63,408 nucleotides of DNA from Paraglomus brasilianum (GCA_910592345.1 CAJVPI010000061.1:1-63408); one strand, 5' to 3'. Shown: positions 37,122 to 50,830, counted from the stretch's first letter. The notes: a model not told the origin generated them from the letters alone. Program-made: numbers and translations.

Positions 37122-39282
37122 ACGCTTGGAGTATTTCGATGGAGAAGATGAGCCAATCCAAGGCAACTTTATGACGCGTTGGGACATAGAGAAACGTAGA
37201 GTGGACATAGCGATAGTTCTACTCTCCATACCATATTTTCTCTCATTCCTCCATCCCTTATTCGAAGATTTTACTTGTTTTTCACATTTCGCATCATATT
37301 AAGCCCATCAATGTACTATATCAACACGTGATGGAAGCGAGATTGATCTCAACGGTTCTATAAAACACGACATTGATTTCTATTATTGCTGCTGAAAATA
37401 GTCCCCAACAACGAGACACATTAATATATATTTGAATCGCTATCTTTCTAAATTGACTAGCCAGTTGGTATTAGTGAGCACTGCTTGTAAAGAATGTAAA
37501 TATCGGAAATGTAAGAGCACGCCTTTCCTATCAACAATGGTTCTGATAATGATATAGCCAGAATAGAGGTAAATTTTTTGTTTACTGTACTAATATTATC
37601 ATTTTTACGTTAATTATTAATTCAATGAATAGTTATAAATTCGTAATATATATGACGATATGAGTACGGAAGAGGTGCAAGAATATGAGATGCGCAAATC
37701 ATCAATAATCCAAAACAATCCGACATGGTTGATAATTCTAGTTAATAAATTGCATATTGTGATTTCAAATGGGTATCTATGACAAATAGTAAGTGAATAA
37801 GTATGAGAGACGTAAATCCTATACTTTATAGAACTCTGAGTGACTTGATGATTGTTAGCGGTCAGCTTACTACTAAATGTTCAGAACCAATACCAAGCCC
37901 TCTATGCATTTCTTGCGAATTAATATGTGTTCGACAATTTAGCTCGTTGCCATCTCAGTTGTGCTTATTAACGCGACCTCCTTCCCTGAGACTATTTCAC
38001 GCAATCCATTGTTTATGGCTAAGGCATTAAAAATATACTCAGAAAGACTTGAACAGCCTCACGCAACTCGGTGGGAAAAGTAGCCAATTGATAAAGAACT
38101 TGCGTTAATACAAATGAAAACCGTAGTGAATACGGCAATAGTTAATTCCTTTTTTTTTTCTTTGGTTAGGTATTGGCTCGGAATGTCTAATCTTTCTTAA
38201 TAAAGGTTGGATAGAGTCGCTTTGTTGCTGCATGAAACTATATTTCATATGAATAATAATTTAACCAGATTATATTATATTCTGGTTAGAGAGGCTGGAA
38301 GATTTGAAAATAAACTAGAGAGACCAATATCATGGCAAATATTTCTCCCTGACAAACGCAAGCATGTCAAGATTTTTGGCCGGCTTGGGACTGAAACTGA
38401 AATTTGATTAATTAATTATTTTCTCGTTTTATCGAAAAACCCTGACGTTTAATTAGGTGAAATGATAGAAAGATATAAGCGGCTGTAGTTCCCTAGCAAT
38501 CAGCATCTTCAGCATATTTGATTTCTATTTCGATATTTGCAAATTAGAATAGCCAGATTTTCTATGGCTGGCAAAACGCGAACGCCTTTCCGTATCAGCG
38601 GTATACGAAATTGAACTTGCATCTAAGTTTTTATAAACGAGTTTAGTATTTAGTTTGGAAAAATTTACCCGACCTGCAGGCTTTCGAAATTAATCCCAAT
38701 TAAAAGAAGCAGACGTACGAACTCGAGGTCAAATAGTAATCTAGGAACGGCGTATATACAAGACCGATCGCGCCTTGCGAGTACGTGTATTTCGAAAAAC
38801 CAAGTAAAGGTCCCTAATTGTCGCTTATACGTTTAGCGAAAGTAGAGGTAGCGTTGGAAACAGCTAGATCTCAATGTACGCTCTCCTTCATACATTGATC
38901 CGACTGTACACAACGGGCAATTTTTTACCTTAAAATGTTCCTGATTGTGCTGCAATTTTTAGGTTCAGAAGAGATTATGTAAATTAGTTAATTCTTCAAA
39001 GGTCGAGCAACAATATGACAACCTGTCTGACAAGTTGACAATTTAGTTCATGGGCATTATTTGAAAAACAAGGACTCAAAGATGGAGGCACATAATAATA
39101 AATTTTTCAAAAAAATTTTTATTTTCAAAATTCAATGCTAAATATAAATAAATGTTTTACTTGTTTATCACACTGAATTTCGCTATTTCATCTGATTGGA
39201 TGATCAAAGGTCACGTTGTAACCAAAAAATTTTAAAATTTTTAATGCATACTCTACAACTACTTGTACGATAAAGCAGAAAA

Positions 39283-41027
39283 ATGGTTCGAAAGAGTAAG
39301 TAATTAAAACATTGATGAGACTACGAGCCAAGAAAACTAAGTAAAAAGAAATTTACACTGGTCTTATCATTTGTAGAGACACAGAGTAAGCGATTATCAG
39401 CTGCCAAACGATACAAGATACTGAAGAACGTAGCCGAGCATAAAAGAAAGGAGAGGAGGGAAGCTAAAAAGAATCCAAGTCGGAAAAGTAAGAGTTTGCT
39501 ATTTATTTCCTAGCATTATGAGGAAAGACGTATGTACATAGGAGATAGTATAAATTGACCTTCCTACGTTCTCCGCGAATTGTGTTCACGCGGTTGGTAA
39601 ATTAGGTTTAAAGAAAGATCCGGGAATACCAAATTTGTATCCGTATAAAGATAAAATTCTTCATCAACTAGAAGAACAGAAACGAAAGGTATGTACATAA
39701 AAGAGCAACATTATTGATGGCTGTATTCGGAAGGTTAGTGGTAGGAAGAGACAATAACAGCTATAAAATTTCGTCGGCTGCTCACATACCTGTACTCTAT
39801 ACTCAGCTAGAAGAAGAAAAGGCCCGACAGCGTCAAGCCCGCGTTGCATTACATAATAAAAAGCGCAACCTCAACCTCACCGATCTTGTAGAAGATGCCA
39901 CCACGCGTACTAAACTCTTCGACAATGATAGGCCTTCAGATGCTAATGACTCGGTCACTGCAATCGACCCTGCTGCTGCTGGATTAAAAGACAATTCTCG
40001 CAAAGCATTCTACGGTGAATTTAAAAAAGTAATAAAAAATGCGGACGTTATACTAGAAGTCCTTGACGCGCGAGATCCATTGGGATGTAGATCGACGGAG
40101 CTCGAGAGAATGGTAATTGACAGTGGAGTAAACAAACGCCTCATTCTAATATTGAACAAAGTAGACCTGGTTCCGAAAGAAATAGTCTCAAAATGGTTAA
40201 CATATCTGCGCAATGAATACCCAGCGATCGCATTCAAATCTTCAACTCAATCACAACGCACCCATCTTGGCCACTCCTCCACTCCAATAAGTCTTGCATC
40301 CGAATCCAGCCTTCATACGTCCGAATGCTTTGGAGCTTCTACTCTTCTTAAACTTCTCAAAAACTACTCTCGCAATCTCAATATTAAAACTTCGATCACT
40401 GTTGGTGTTATCGGATATCCAAACGTAGGGAAGTCATCTTTGATAAATTCGCTGAAAAGAGCGAAAGTTTGCGCAGTCGGGGCGACGCCAGGGTCGACAA
40501 AAACCTCTCAGGAAGTACAGTTGGATTCTAAGGTTAAATTATTAGATTGTCCGGGTATTTTGTGGGGAGAGAATGATGCCGAAATGTCATTAAGGAATTG
40601 TATTAAAGCTGAGTTGTTAGAAGACCCTGTAGCACCAGGTAGGTTAAGATGAAGGCGTGGGCTACAAAATATTGTTACATGGATATTGGTACTCAACTAT
40701 TTGTTTCCATTTCTAGTCGAATTAATAGTCTCTCGCTGCCCACAGCAACTACTAGTAAAAAGATACAACATTCCACCATTTCGAGACGCCAACGATTTTC
40801 TTATTCAAGTCGCTCGTCAACGTGGGCGTCTAAAGCGTGGTGGCATTCCCGATATAGTCTCTGCTGCTCGTTCAGTCCTACAGGATTGGAACACTGGACA
40901 AATATCATTTTATACCACCCCACCTACACAATCATCTTCTGGGGGAGAGGTGACCTTGGTGCAGCAGTGGGGGAAGGAATTTGATTTGGATAATTTGGTT
41001 CTGGAGGATGTTGATATGTTGCAGTAG
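39283..41027 (+). CDS. NUG1: Nucleolar circularly permuted GTPase Nug1/Grn1 (GNL3/nucleostemin family)
   Basis: Basic N-terminus with [13 protein letters not shown] across small exons. Motifs [20 protein letters not shown] (G4), [14 protein letters not shown] (G1), DCPG (G3) and [11 protein letters not shown]. Confidence 0.95.
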
Positions 41028-41619
41028 AGTATGACGAGATAGCATCCACTATAATTTACATGCAACGTCGTTGAATAAATATATTTCTTTTTTTAAGACA
41101 TACCAGCTGCCAGTTTTTCCATGGACTGCATCCAACACATATGAAAATGCGTGCTTGTTATTCTCATTATCAGTCAGTATGCCTGACCATTTGTATGATA
41201 TGTCAATAAAATCAATATTGAGGTATTCAGTATACTCTGATCTGACTCGTCTCAATGTTATTCTAACCATTTAGTTTCTGAAATAGTGATAAAATTAACA
41301 GTGAAAAAGAAATATTAATATAAGAAATTCTTGTGCCCATGATACATGTTCAACGACGAAATTCGTCAACTAAGTCGTTTGATAAATGCTTAGATGTCAT
41401 TTTTTAATGGAGGTTTCCTAGATCCAGCATTCGTGCAACTCGCACAAACATAGAACTATGAGATGAATTAAATCGTGAATTTGCCAATGGAATTAAAACA
41501 AATGAAGCGAAGCGGTTATTGATAGCAAAATAAATACATATCGATATGCGAACGAAATACAATTATTTATATATGCAAATCAGTCTAATGAGCATTGTTT
41601 TACCTTTGGTAGCAGATGT

Positions 41620-42070
41620 TCGGAATTTGAGGCTTTATTCCAAATTGCATTTCAGTATTTGCCTTTGATAATAGTTCAAATCACTTGCACCTGATGTATA
41701 TTGGACCTGGCGGAAATGCACCAAAAATGCGGGATACTTTTTGGGGTCCAAATAATGAAAACAGATTTTGAGTGAAAGAGGACTGTGGACAAAAAATATG
41801 GTAGGTGAATGCAGACTATGTCGAGATGGGAACAAAGATCCTTTACGTGTAGATTGTTGCGGAAGAAAGATTATGTCTTTTTGGCTCAAAGATGGCGTTC
41901 ATTGCGAATTAAAATTTATTGAACGGTGGCTAAAACAAATTAGTCCAACACATTGTGAAAAAGGTAACTGGCGTCAATAGTTTTGGGCAATCTTTTAGAA
42001 TCTTCTCACTGTCATACTAGTATAAATTTTCAGATATTAATATGGACATCTTCACTTTGATACATAGAAG
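41620..42070 (+). pseudogene. Decayed Tc1/IS630-type transposase with internal deletions
   Basis: Fragments EFEALF/NCISVFAFDNSSNH, GPGGNAPKMRDTF, KQILSERGLW, DCCGRKI and HCELKFIE match a fungal Tc1-like transposase lineage. Confidence 0.75.
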
Positions 42071-42680
42071 AAAGCTTGTCAGTTCTAGGCACTAGGATGG
42101 GGGTGTTGAAATATCATAATTTCTTTTTGTATTTGTGAATATTTGTGATGTATTTATTGGATTACTCAGTGGAAGGCAATTGCTTAGTTATTGACTTTAC
42201 TACTCATGTACCACTGTCCAAAAACAGCTTTAGCAGTTTCAATAAAGTATAAAGATCGAAATTGCTTAGTTACATGTCATGCTGATTAATAAAATTATAT
42301 TAGGTTTGCTATATTAAATCAAGTAATATGAGTTTCTTTTCAAGATTTATCCTACTTCCCCGTTTCTAGCATAGCTACCCGGCTGCTGAGGAGAAAAATT
42401 AGAACGTCATCCTAAACTGCACCTGACGTCAAACGTTCACGGTTTTGTTACAGCATGCTTCGTTTGAGAATATTCGGATTTATATTATCTATTACTATGC
42501 TGCTTGAAATAACGCGAAGCGAAAACCCAAATTTAAATTTTATTAATGAATATTACGTTCACGTGAAATTAATGTTAATGCTGGGGAGTGAAAAATGAAC
42601 CCTGAAATCTTCCGTTCAACAACAAATAAAGCACGCGCCCAAAATTCTCATCTATGCGTAATTAGCTTATACTTCTATCA

Positions 42681-43529
42681 ATGTCCAAAAGAAAACTTAG
42701 TCGGAAATATATTGCAGACAGCGATGTAGACGAAGAGGAACAGGTTAAAAGAGTTTCTTCTTGGTATATATGCAACTGAAGATAGCAATATTCGTATAAT
42801 CGTAACCGTTTTGTTAATGTTTATGTATAGCAGCAAGCGGATGAAGTAGATCCTGAGGAGTCATCTTTGGTAAGGATACAGAAAAAATTAACATTATCAA
42901 GTGGTTTTCTTGAAAGGTTGATTACGACAGCTTTGTTATGTAGAAAAAGAAAAGGTTGAGTAAAAGTACTGGGTCGAAGACGAAGAAACGGGCAGTCGAC
43001 GACGAAGACGAAGATGAAGGTGAAACATCCGACGGGGAAATTTTCTTCAAAGTATGTGTGATTGCGTAATACGTAAAACTGGAGGTTGTCCATTTGACAA
43101 ATCAAAAGAACAATTGAAGATTAAACATCAATTCGTGTCTATCTTTCCTCCCCCGCAATTGACTTATCCGCCTACTCATCGCTAGCTTTCAGAAAAAAAA
43201 CGAGTTACCGTTCGCAAATGGAATGCTATAAAAATGGTTGATATTAGAGAATTTTATGATGGTTCGAAACCCACAAAAAAAGGTAAGTTCAGGTATGGAG
43301 CGTGAGAGATTAAACTGTAAATCAATTTTGTTAGAAGTTTCTGTTCGTTTACCGATGCATTCATACTCGTTGATTGAAGCGACTATTTTCATCCAATTGT
43401 CATCTTTCGTACAATTTATTGATTATTTCTTTATCGACCCCAATACTAGGCATCTCTTTAACAATAGATCAATGGAAGAAGCTCAAGTCATTTATCGATA
43501 ACATCGACGGTGAACTCAAGAAACTGTAA
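42681..43529 (+). CDS. SUB1: Transcriptional coactivator PC4/Sub1 (5 exons)
   Basis: Acidic/basic N-terminus, then the spliced sequence FFKLSEKKRVTVRKWNAIKMVDIREFYDGSKPTKKGISLTIDQWKKL, which is the PC4 ssDNA-binding domain. Confidence 0.93.
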
Positions 43530-45974
43530 ACTCGTTAGACTACATCTATATGGACAATATATCGTATTTTATTAGCTTCCAGATAATAATGTTAATTAAT
43601 AATTTGACTGAACGCCCATATGCGATGGCGCGCTGATTATTAACATTGTATCAATCGTGGCTATATTGCAAGATGCGTTGTCGGGAAGTTCTTGGGAAGC
43701 TGTCTCAACTTTTTTGAGGGATGTAATTCTTTTGATCTTCTCATTAGCAAGTAATAAAGAACACAGTCGGTTTATGTTGTACGCCTAGGATAGAATGCTT
43801 TGCGCATGTAGTTGAAAAAGCTGTTGCAAGGCGTCAAATTTCAGGCACGACATTTGCTCCTTCATAATCAGTAACCGAATGCTGACCCGGATTTACCATC
43901 GGAAGGATTCCAATTAACAACCATACAATTGACTTGACCTACGTCTCACCGCTTTCGCAATTACGCGCAGAGCATCAAATCATACATAACAATTTTTGTT
44001 GATTCCTGGAACTCGCTTGGTGATAGAAAGGATTTGCTTCAAAGGTTCAAAAATTATACGTGATGCAAAACAGAGGCAATTTTGGCAACCATTGCATCAA
44101 ATCGTAAGAATCAATTTAAAGCGCATTTTATCAACAATCACATTATTTCAATAACTAATTGATAACGAATTTTCATCAATTTACTGGATAGAATGTGGCA
44201 TTGGCAATAAGGAGCTTTGGATAAACATATTATACCTACACATTTCCTCGAAACAAGCTACACACATACCTGTAGCCTCAGGGTAGCTTTTCTCTTATTC
44301 AGTTGATGGTTTCCAATAGCTACAAACGCGTTCTTCATCCCCCATCCCCATTATTGATGAACCTTTTGAGCTGTGGAAGAAATGGTGTCACCCAAGGTTC
44401 AACGAATTCCTTTCTAACATTTCGGAAAGCAGACTTGATTTGTCGTGTACTGTCCTTCCAACTCCAATATGACATGCAAGCTTCCAACTCGACAAAGTTC
44501 TGTGACAGACCTTCAATTTCTGCCTGTTACGTAGAGGTAGTGAGAAAGATTAAATTTAGGGTTTGACTTTTTGAAAGGCGGAAGCGAAAGTGGCTGGTTT
44601 AGCAGTATTAGCTACTTGTAATAGTGAAGGGAATTAGTTTGTACCCAGTAACAATGTTATCATGAACTGAGTTTGTTGAGTTTTCTGTTTTGTTCCTAAT
44701 ACTACTAAGCACCCTAGCTTGTACGACTTTATTTTAACGTCCGTCCATGACCTATGTCATCCTTCGCCACATCGTTCCACATTCTAGCCACATATGTTCA
44801 CTTTGCTCTTTCGCGTTCCCGTTCCGCGCGTTATTTAACAGGATGTGCGTATATGCAATAAACATAAACATAAACATAAACATAGTTTTGGTTTACTGTT
44901 TACACGACGCGTTTTGTACTAAAATTGGTAGAGATGTGCGGGCTGGAATTATTATAAAATGGCATCGAACCAGCATATGAAAATCACAGTAGGGAGTGTC
45001 ATAAAAATTCTTGTGCAATGATCTGATATTACGACAAACCAAATCCTCATGATACGAAAATTGTTTGCATAGCGAAGCCATTAGTGATCGTTTCTGCTGC
45101 CGATGATATTTACTTAGATCGAATACTTCACATAAATTAAAACCGAGAGAATTAGAAATCAATGGAAATTGCAAGAAACGTTTTATGATATAGAGTAGGT
45201 AAGAGTGTATTGTTGTTGAAGATAGTATTACTTAATATAGATATGATGAATTTACGAACACGAACGATAGTGGTTAATCTTGTCGTCCGATAGAAGGCAT
45301 ACTGTACTATGCTTCGCGCTGGTCGACCTCAAAAAATATTGGCTTCACTATTATACTATCATACGAGTGATGTTACCGGGCCGTGTGTGCCCAACCTGAT
45401 CTATATAATTTAATATCTACTTTACTTATTTTTGCATTCAAAACCAAACTAATTATCACCTCTTCACACTTTACATCCCAATTCAATATACAGTCAATCT
45501 GGTTATAGCGAAGTCGGTACCATAGAATTTGTTAGTGTATATACGATTCGTATAAAAATGTTGTTAATGAATATAATGATAGAATAAATAAATGCTCTAA
45601 TATTTTACTGAGAGTTAGAAAAATGTAACAACGTTATTATAGATTTATGATGTTGCCATCTGAGAATGTGAATACCGAAGAGAGTAAATATAACGAATGA
45701 CCTATAGAATCGAATATTCTATCGGAATTTTATTTTGCAAAACAGAATTCGCCTTACTTATACTGGCTATTTGACGGAAATTCGATCCAACTCAAAAACA
45801 ATTAGAAATGAGTACGATAATAGTAGCACCTTCGTCACCCGATTAAAATGTGCAGCAAGGATCGAAATCCACCAATCAAATCGACCCCCGCACACTTGGC
45901 ACGTCTTGAAAGCCAATTGGCAGTTATGCGTAATAATACAACTTTTCCTTCTATCTACTCCCATTCCGTTAATT

Positions 45975-47011
45975 ATGACTCGACATTCTATATTCCTACT
46001 TTTGGTAACAATACTTTGTGCATTGACAGCAGAGGGAATAAAATTCGACCTGGTCGCTCAACATGCTTCAAGTGTGACTCCAAAGTGTATTACGCAATAT
46101 ATACCCGCCAATACATTTGTCATAGCCCAAATAAAAGTTGGTATCGGATACAACCAGAAAATAAATGTCGAGGTACGAAGAATCTGACATGTTGGGTTGT
46201 GTCAAGTCGGGTCTAAGATGTAGATGTGAACGAACCTATCGTTGTTATTGTCGATTTAGTGTCAATTGTAAAGCACTACAATCAAATATCAAAGTGTTGA
46301 TGAGCGATTTGATCGCTTGCTGCTTCCATTATAGATTAGCGATAACAGCGAATCACATAACGAATACGGAAAAAAACGCGATCTTAATGACAATGTGAAG
46401 ATGGCACTTACTACTCACGCTGAGGCAGATATAGCTATCTGCTTTGAGAATATCTTGGCCGATGGTAAGCTCTAATCGTAGAATGCTTTACTTTTGTTGG
46501 TGCTCGTATACAGAACTTGGATACGTTCCGGCTTTTTTTCAGTCATTCTCTCTCGATTAAACAATGATGGCTAACTTTTTTCGAACGATCACAGGATTCA
46601 ACGCAGACCCCAAATTCTTTCGCTCAATCGATCTCGATGTAGACGTTGGTGCCGAAACAATCGACCAAGAACAGCTAGCCAAAGAAGAGAAATTAGCTCC
46701 GCTCGAAGCTGAACTAAAGAAACTCGAACAAGTCGTTGCAGAGATTGTTGACGAAATGGACTATCTGAGAAAACGAGAAGCGAGAATGAGAGATACAAAT
46801 GGTAAGTGGAAAGCGATGTTAGAATGATGTTTGAGATGTTTGCCATCCAAGTGATTTGCTTAATGTCTTTTTATTATTCGGTGATTCAGAGTCGACAAAC
46901 GAGAGGGTCAAATGGTTCAGTCTAGGGACGGTGCTCGTTCTGTTGTCGTTAGGTGGATGGCAGATTATGTATTTGAAGAAATTCTTCAAACAAAAGAGAC
47001 TCATTGACTAA
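45975..47011 (+). CDS. ERV25: p24 family cargo receptor, delta subfamily (TMED10/Erv25)
   Basis: Signal peptide, GOLD domain, coiled coil (PLEAELKKLE...REARMRDTNESTNERVKWFS), a TM segment and the tail YLKKFFKQKRLID*. Confidence 0.93.
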
Positions 47012-47234
47012 AGGCACGACCCCGATGGATTGGACAGGATTAATTAAACGTAATTGGCACTAGCATAACCAATAGAAAAGAAAATTAACGAATCTTGTGT
47101 ATCGTTTATTTTATTAAATGAAATAAAGTTTGATATAAAATTTTAATTGATTTATATCTGAAATTCGACAGAATATTGACAAGAATTACGCGCGCGCAAG
47201 TCCATCATCCTCTAAATATTTCAGAGGATATACT

Positions 47235-48069
47235 CTAAAAACGCCTCTCTGAACTTCGACCTCTATCGCCACCTCGATCCATTCTATCACCTCGATCCAT
47301 CCTGCTTCCACCTCGACCCGCCCTATTGCCTCCTCTTCGATCCGTCCTACCGCCACCCCGATCCATTCTGTCTCCACCCCGATTCATCCTATAACCACCT
47401 CGATCCATTCTATCATTACCTCGATCCATTCTATCATTACCTCGATCCATTCTATCACTATCTCGATCCATTCTTTCACTACCTCGATCCATTCTTTCAC
47501 TACCTCGATCCATTCCATCATTACCTCGATCCATTCCATCATCGTTACCTCTGTTCATACTGTCCCCATCCTCTACCACAGCAGCATCACCTTTCGGTTG
47601 CCCACACTTGTAACATTCCTGTCGATCAGAAAAGTTAAAAAATTTACACCCAGGACATGACCAATCTCCCGGTCTCTGTCTGCGTTCCACGACTTCAGAT
47701 GTTTTTTCACCACACTGAAAGCATTCAGTTCTGAAGGCAAAGTTGTTGGCATTGCAATTTGGGCAAACCCAGTCTCCGGGACGCTGCCTGTCGAAATTTG
47801 TCGATTTAAATCGCTGTGACTACAGTTAATTAATGGATGTACCGAAGCAAAGATGAAAAAAAATTTTTTAATCGATGTTGAATACGCGAGATAATAATCG
47901 TTCGATGAGATCGAATCCTGTCATTACACGTAAAATTCTCACGTACCATAGGAGTAAGAGGCCACAACTGTCTGTTCCTAAGAGTTGGAAGTAATATTTG
48001 GCTCATTACTTTCGGCTTACACGTTCGCTGGCTTTGCGTTAATACGAGTCTGACGGCTGACTTCAACAT
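47235..48069 (-). CDS. Protein with two RanBP2-type zinc fingers, a putative mitochondrial presequence and a C-terminal MDRG repeat
   Basis: Exon 1 (48069-47947) reads MLKSAVRLVLTQSQR...LTPM. The intron GTACGT...TAG spans 47946-47820. Exon 2 reads SQRFKSTNFDRQRPGDWVCPNCNANNFAFRTECFQC...RPGDWSCPGCKFFNFSDRQECYKC, then repeats. Confidence 0.87.
47270..47545 (-). repeat. Coding minisatellite (~21-nt unit) encoding (R)MDRGxD repeats
   Basis: 'cctcgatccattct' recurs on the + strand with ~21-bp spacing. Confidence 0.9.
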
Positions 48070-48667
48070 ATTTGTAGCAGTAGATATAGAAAGTAAAGAG
48101 AGACGGTTTAGGCTTTTTTTCCAAAATAATTTGAGTTCAAACTCGGATATCATTGGCTGAAATTGATAAACGTCACAAATTTTGAGAACATTGATATGCG
48201 TCTCTAAATCTATTATCCACTGCATGCAGAAGTTGAAAGACGAGCTCAAACCGTCTTTTCGTGTTCCCAATTTTTTGCAAATTCAACGTTATGACGCAGA
48301 CAAAGCTACCTAGCTTTAAGTTTATTAAATGATCTTAAATTCTTGTAACCAAAAGTTGAAACTTCACAAAGAAGTCATTAAGACTAAACAAATAAATTTT
48401 AATGTGTGATATATAAAACATCGTTCCCCTATCACTCCGAAGGTAAAAACGTTACAAACGTCTTTATAAAACAGCCACCTTCCTGTCGGATGTGAATTCA
48501 AGGATATTATCTGTATGAAGTCAATAAGTAAATGAATAATGTAATAAAAACATCCGATTTCTTTTATCATTATCAATTGATATCAGTTTGCTTACAAATT
48601 ATTCTACTACTACTACTACCAAAGTTATCCCCCCACGTTAATATTTAATACATTTGTATAGTAAATT

Positions 48668-49197
48668 TTACATGATGCTGCAAGTGCATTTGCCACCAGA
48701 CGGTGCATATGGATCGTCTCGCTTGTCAACTGGTCCCCAGACCGATGGTACGAGGTAATCCCTTGTGCTTTTACAGTATCTTATTAGGCTATTAAAATAG
48801 ATAAAATGGAATTCGGGTCAGTTATTGGAAGAAGAGAGAGACGCGGCACTGAAGAATGTACTGGACGAACTCGCATGGTTAATCAAATAGAAGACTATCA
48901 TTCAATGATCGGAGTTAGGAGTACTGTTATATGACCTTCTTTAATTAACTATAGCTTATTTCGCAGTATGCATACACTTGCATGCACAATATTCGCATAA
49001 CCAACGGAACGCATGCTCTATATCAACTAGTCTCTTCTTCGGTCAACTATTCGCACCCTATTAAACACTTACTTTTGACTAGCCTCGCTTACTCTCACAC
49101 GGGGTCTATCCAAATCTTCACGCAGTCTCTGGTTGAACTCCAATAATCGTCGGAGTTTTAGCTCTGACATAGATTGTCCTTTCTGTCTGGCCATCAT
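48668..49197 (-). CDS. Heterotrimeric G-protein gamma subunit (2 exons; not in the ORF track)
   Basis: Exons 49197-49073 and 48788-48668 give [81 protein letters not shown]. This is a GGL domain with a CAAX box (Ste18/GpgA family). Confidence 0.95.
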
Positions 49198-49848
49198 TTT
49201 GTTATAGTGTTGTTGTAGATGGAAGGGCTAAAGGTGTGCGAATACTTGAAACGCCGAGTTTTGATTTCTATGCCCAAGGAATAAGTAAGGTTTAATATAT
49301 GGCTATTTTTGTTTGTATTTTATAGTCTAATATAATTAACGGCCTTTTTTATGTTTTATGGACAAACGTCTACGCTCGCTATCCAACCATGCAATTTATG
49401 AGTTTTCTCTTATTTTTTTTATCTTACTCTTCTCTTCTTATGTACGGAAGAGAGGGTGCATAAAGGAAGGGAAGGAGAAAGGACAAGTTTAAGAACGAAT
49501 TTTTTAAAATTGTAGGCCCAAAAAATGGTTGAATATGATGAAGCGAATCATATGGTTGACCGTAAATTAGTTACTAATTGTCCACCAACTCCGCCGGTCG
49601 CTGGTTGGTTATTTCAAGCGACTTCTTTGTGGTTTTGTATAACACGAGAATTCCTCGTTCGTCGACTCCGAATCGATGGAATGATTGTATCTGCTGAGAT
49701 TGTTCCAATTATTAATTAGTATTTATTATTACCTTGAATAATAATTATTGTTCGAATCGTGATGTCAAATAATACTGCGCCGGTTAATAAAACTTCCGCC
49801 CCCAAAACTAAATAGAAGAAAAATTCCATCAGAGATCGAAACTAGAAA

Positions 49849-50830
49849 ATGTCCGAAGCCTCGGTGACCAAGTCTTATGATGATATGACACAAGAAGAGA
49901 AGGATAACCATGATAAGGAGCAGAGAGAGAAGGAGGAAGCAGAACAAGCGGGTATGTCGTGCTAGTCATTATTGTTCTTTGTTTGAGTAAATCAGTTGAT
50001 GAATTGTCAATGCGTTGTCTAATTGAACGAATTATCTATCTATTCTTGCTATTGTGTATGTATTTGCTAATTGGGTCGGCTATACTTTGCAAGCCCTACC
50101 GTATAAGTGGAAACAAACGTTACAAGACGTGGACATGACAGTTCCCGTTCCAAATGGCACACGTGGCAAAGACGTTGAGGTTATCATCAAGAAAAATCAT
50201 TTAACCATCGGGTTAAAGGGTAAAGAGCCAATCATAAAGGTATGTTTTTCATAGATAAACCCTATAGATTTTTGTTTGATATTTATTTATTTTATTTGCT
50301 CTAGGGTGAATTATGCAAAAATGTTAAAACCGAAGAATGTACATGGACTATTGGTAAGCATCATTAAGATCAAATTTGTGTTGCCCGCTTTCCTGCGATG
50401 CACTCGTTTATTTTCAACCTAAATGCCTACAGAGGATAGGAAAGAAATAGCAATTCATCTTGAGAAAGTGAATAAAATGGAATGGTGGAAGAATGTAATC
50501 GCTACTGATCCGGCAATCGATACGACAAGGATCCAACCGGAGAATTCAAGCTTGTCCGATTTGGACGGTGAGACGCGGGCAATGGTTGAGAAAATGATGG
50601 TATGTATATAATAGAATTGAAAACGAGTATAGTGATGAATATTGGTCGTGCACAACCTTGAGCGTAATCCATTTGAAAACACCCCTCCTTGCTATGAATA
50701 CGTTCAGTTTGATCAGCGACAAAAAGCGATGGGTAAACAGACATCCGATGAATTACAGAAGCAAGCGATCTTAGAAAAGTTCAAAGCGGCACATCCTGAG
50801 ATGGATTTTTCCAACGCAAAGATATCATAA
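49849..50830 (+). CDS. nudC: Nuclear movement protein NudC
   Basis: [16 protein letters not shown], a CS domain, [27 protein letters not shown] and the C-terminus [12 protein letters not shown]. Confidence 0.95.

Noticed and set aside
38871..38898. TGTATGAAGGAGAG on the minus strand, resembling the U6atac 5' end
   Set aside because: The required AAGGTTAGC continuation is missing. It is just a local hairpin (tcaatgta...tacattga).
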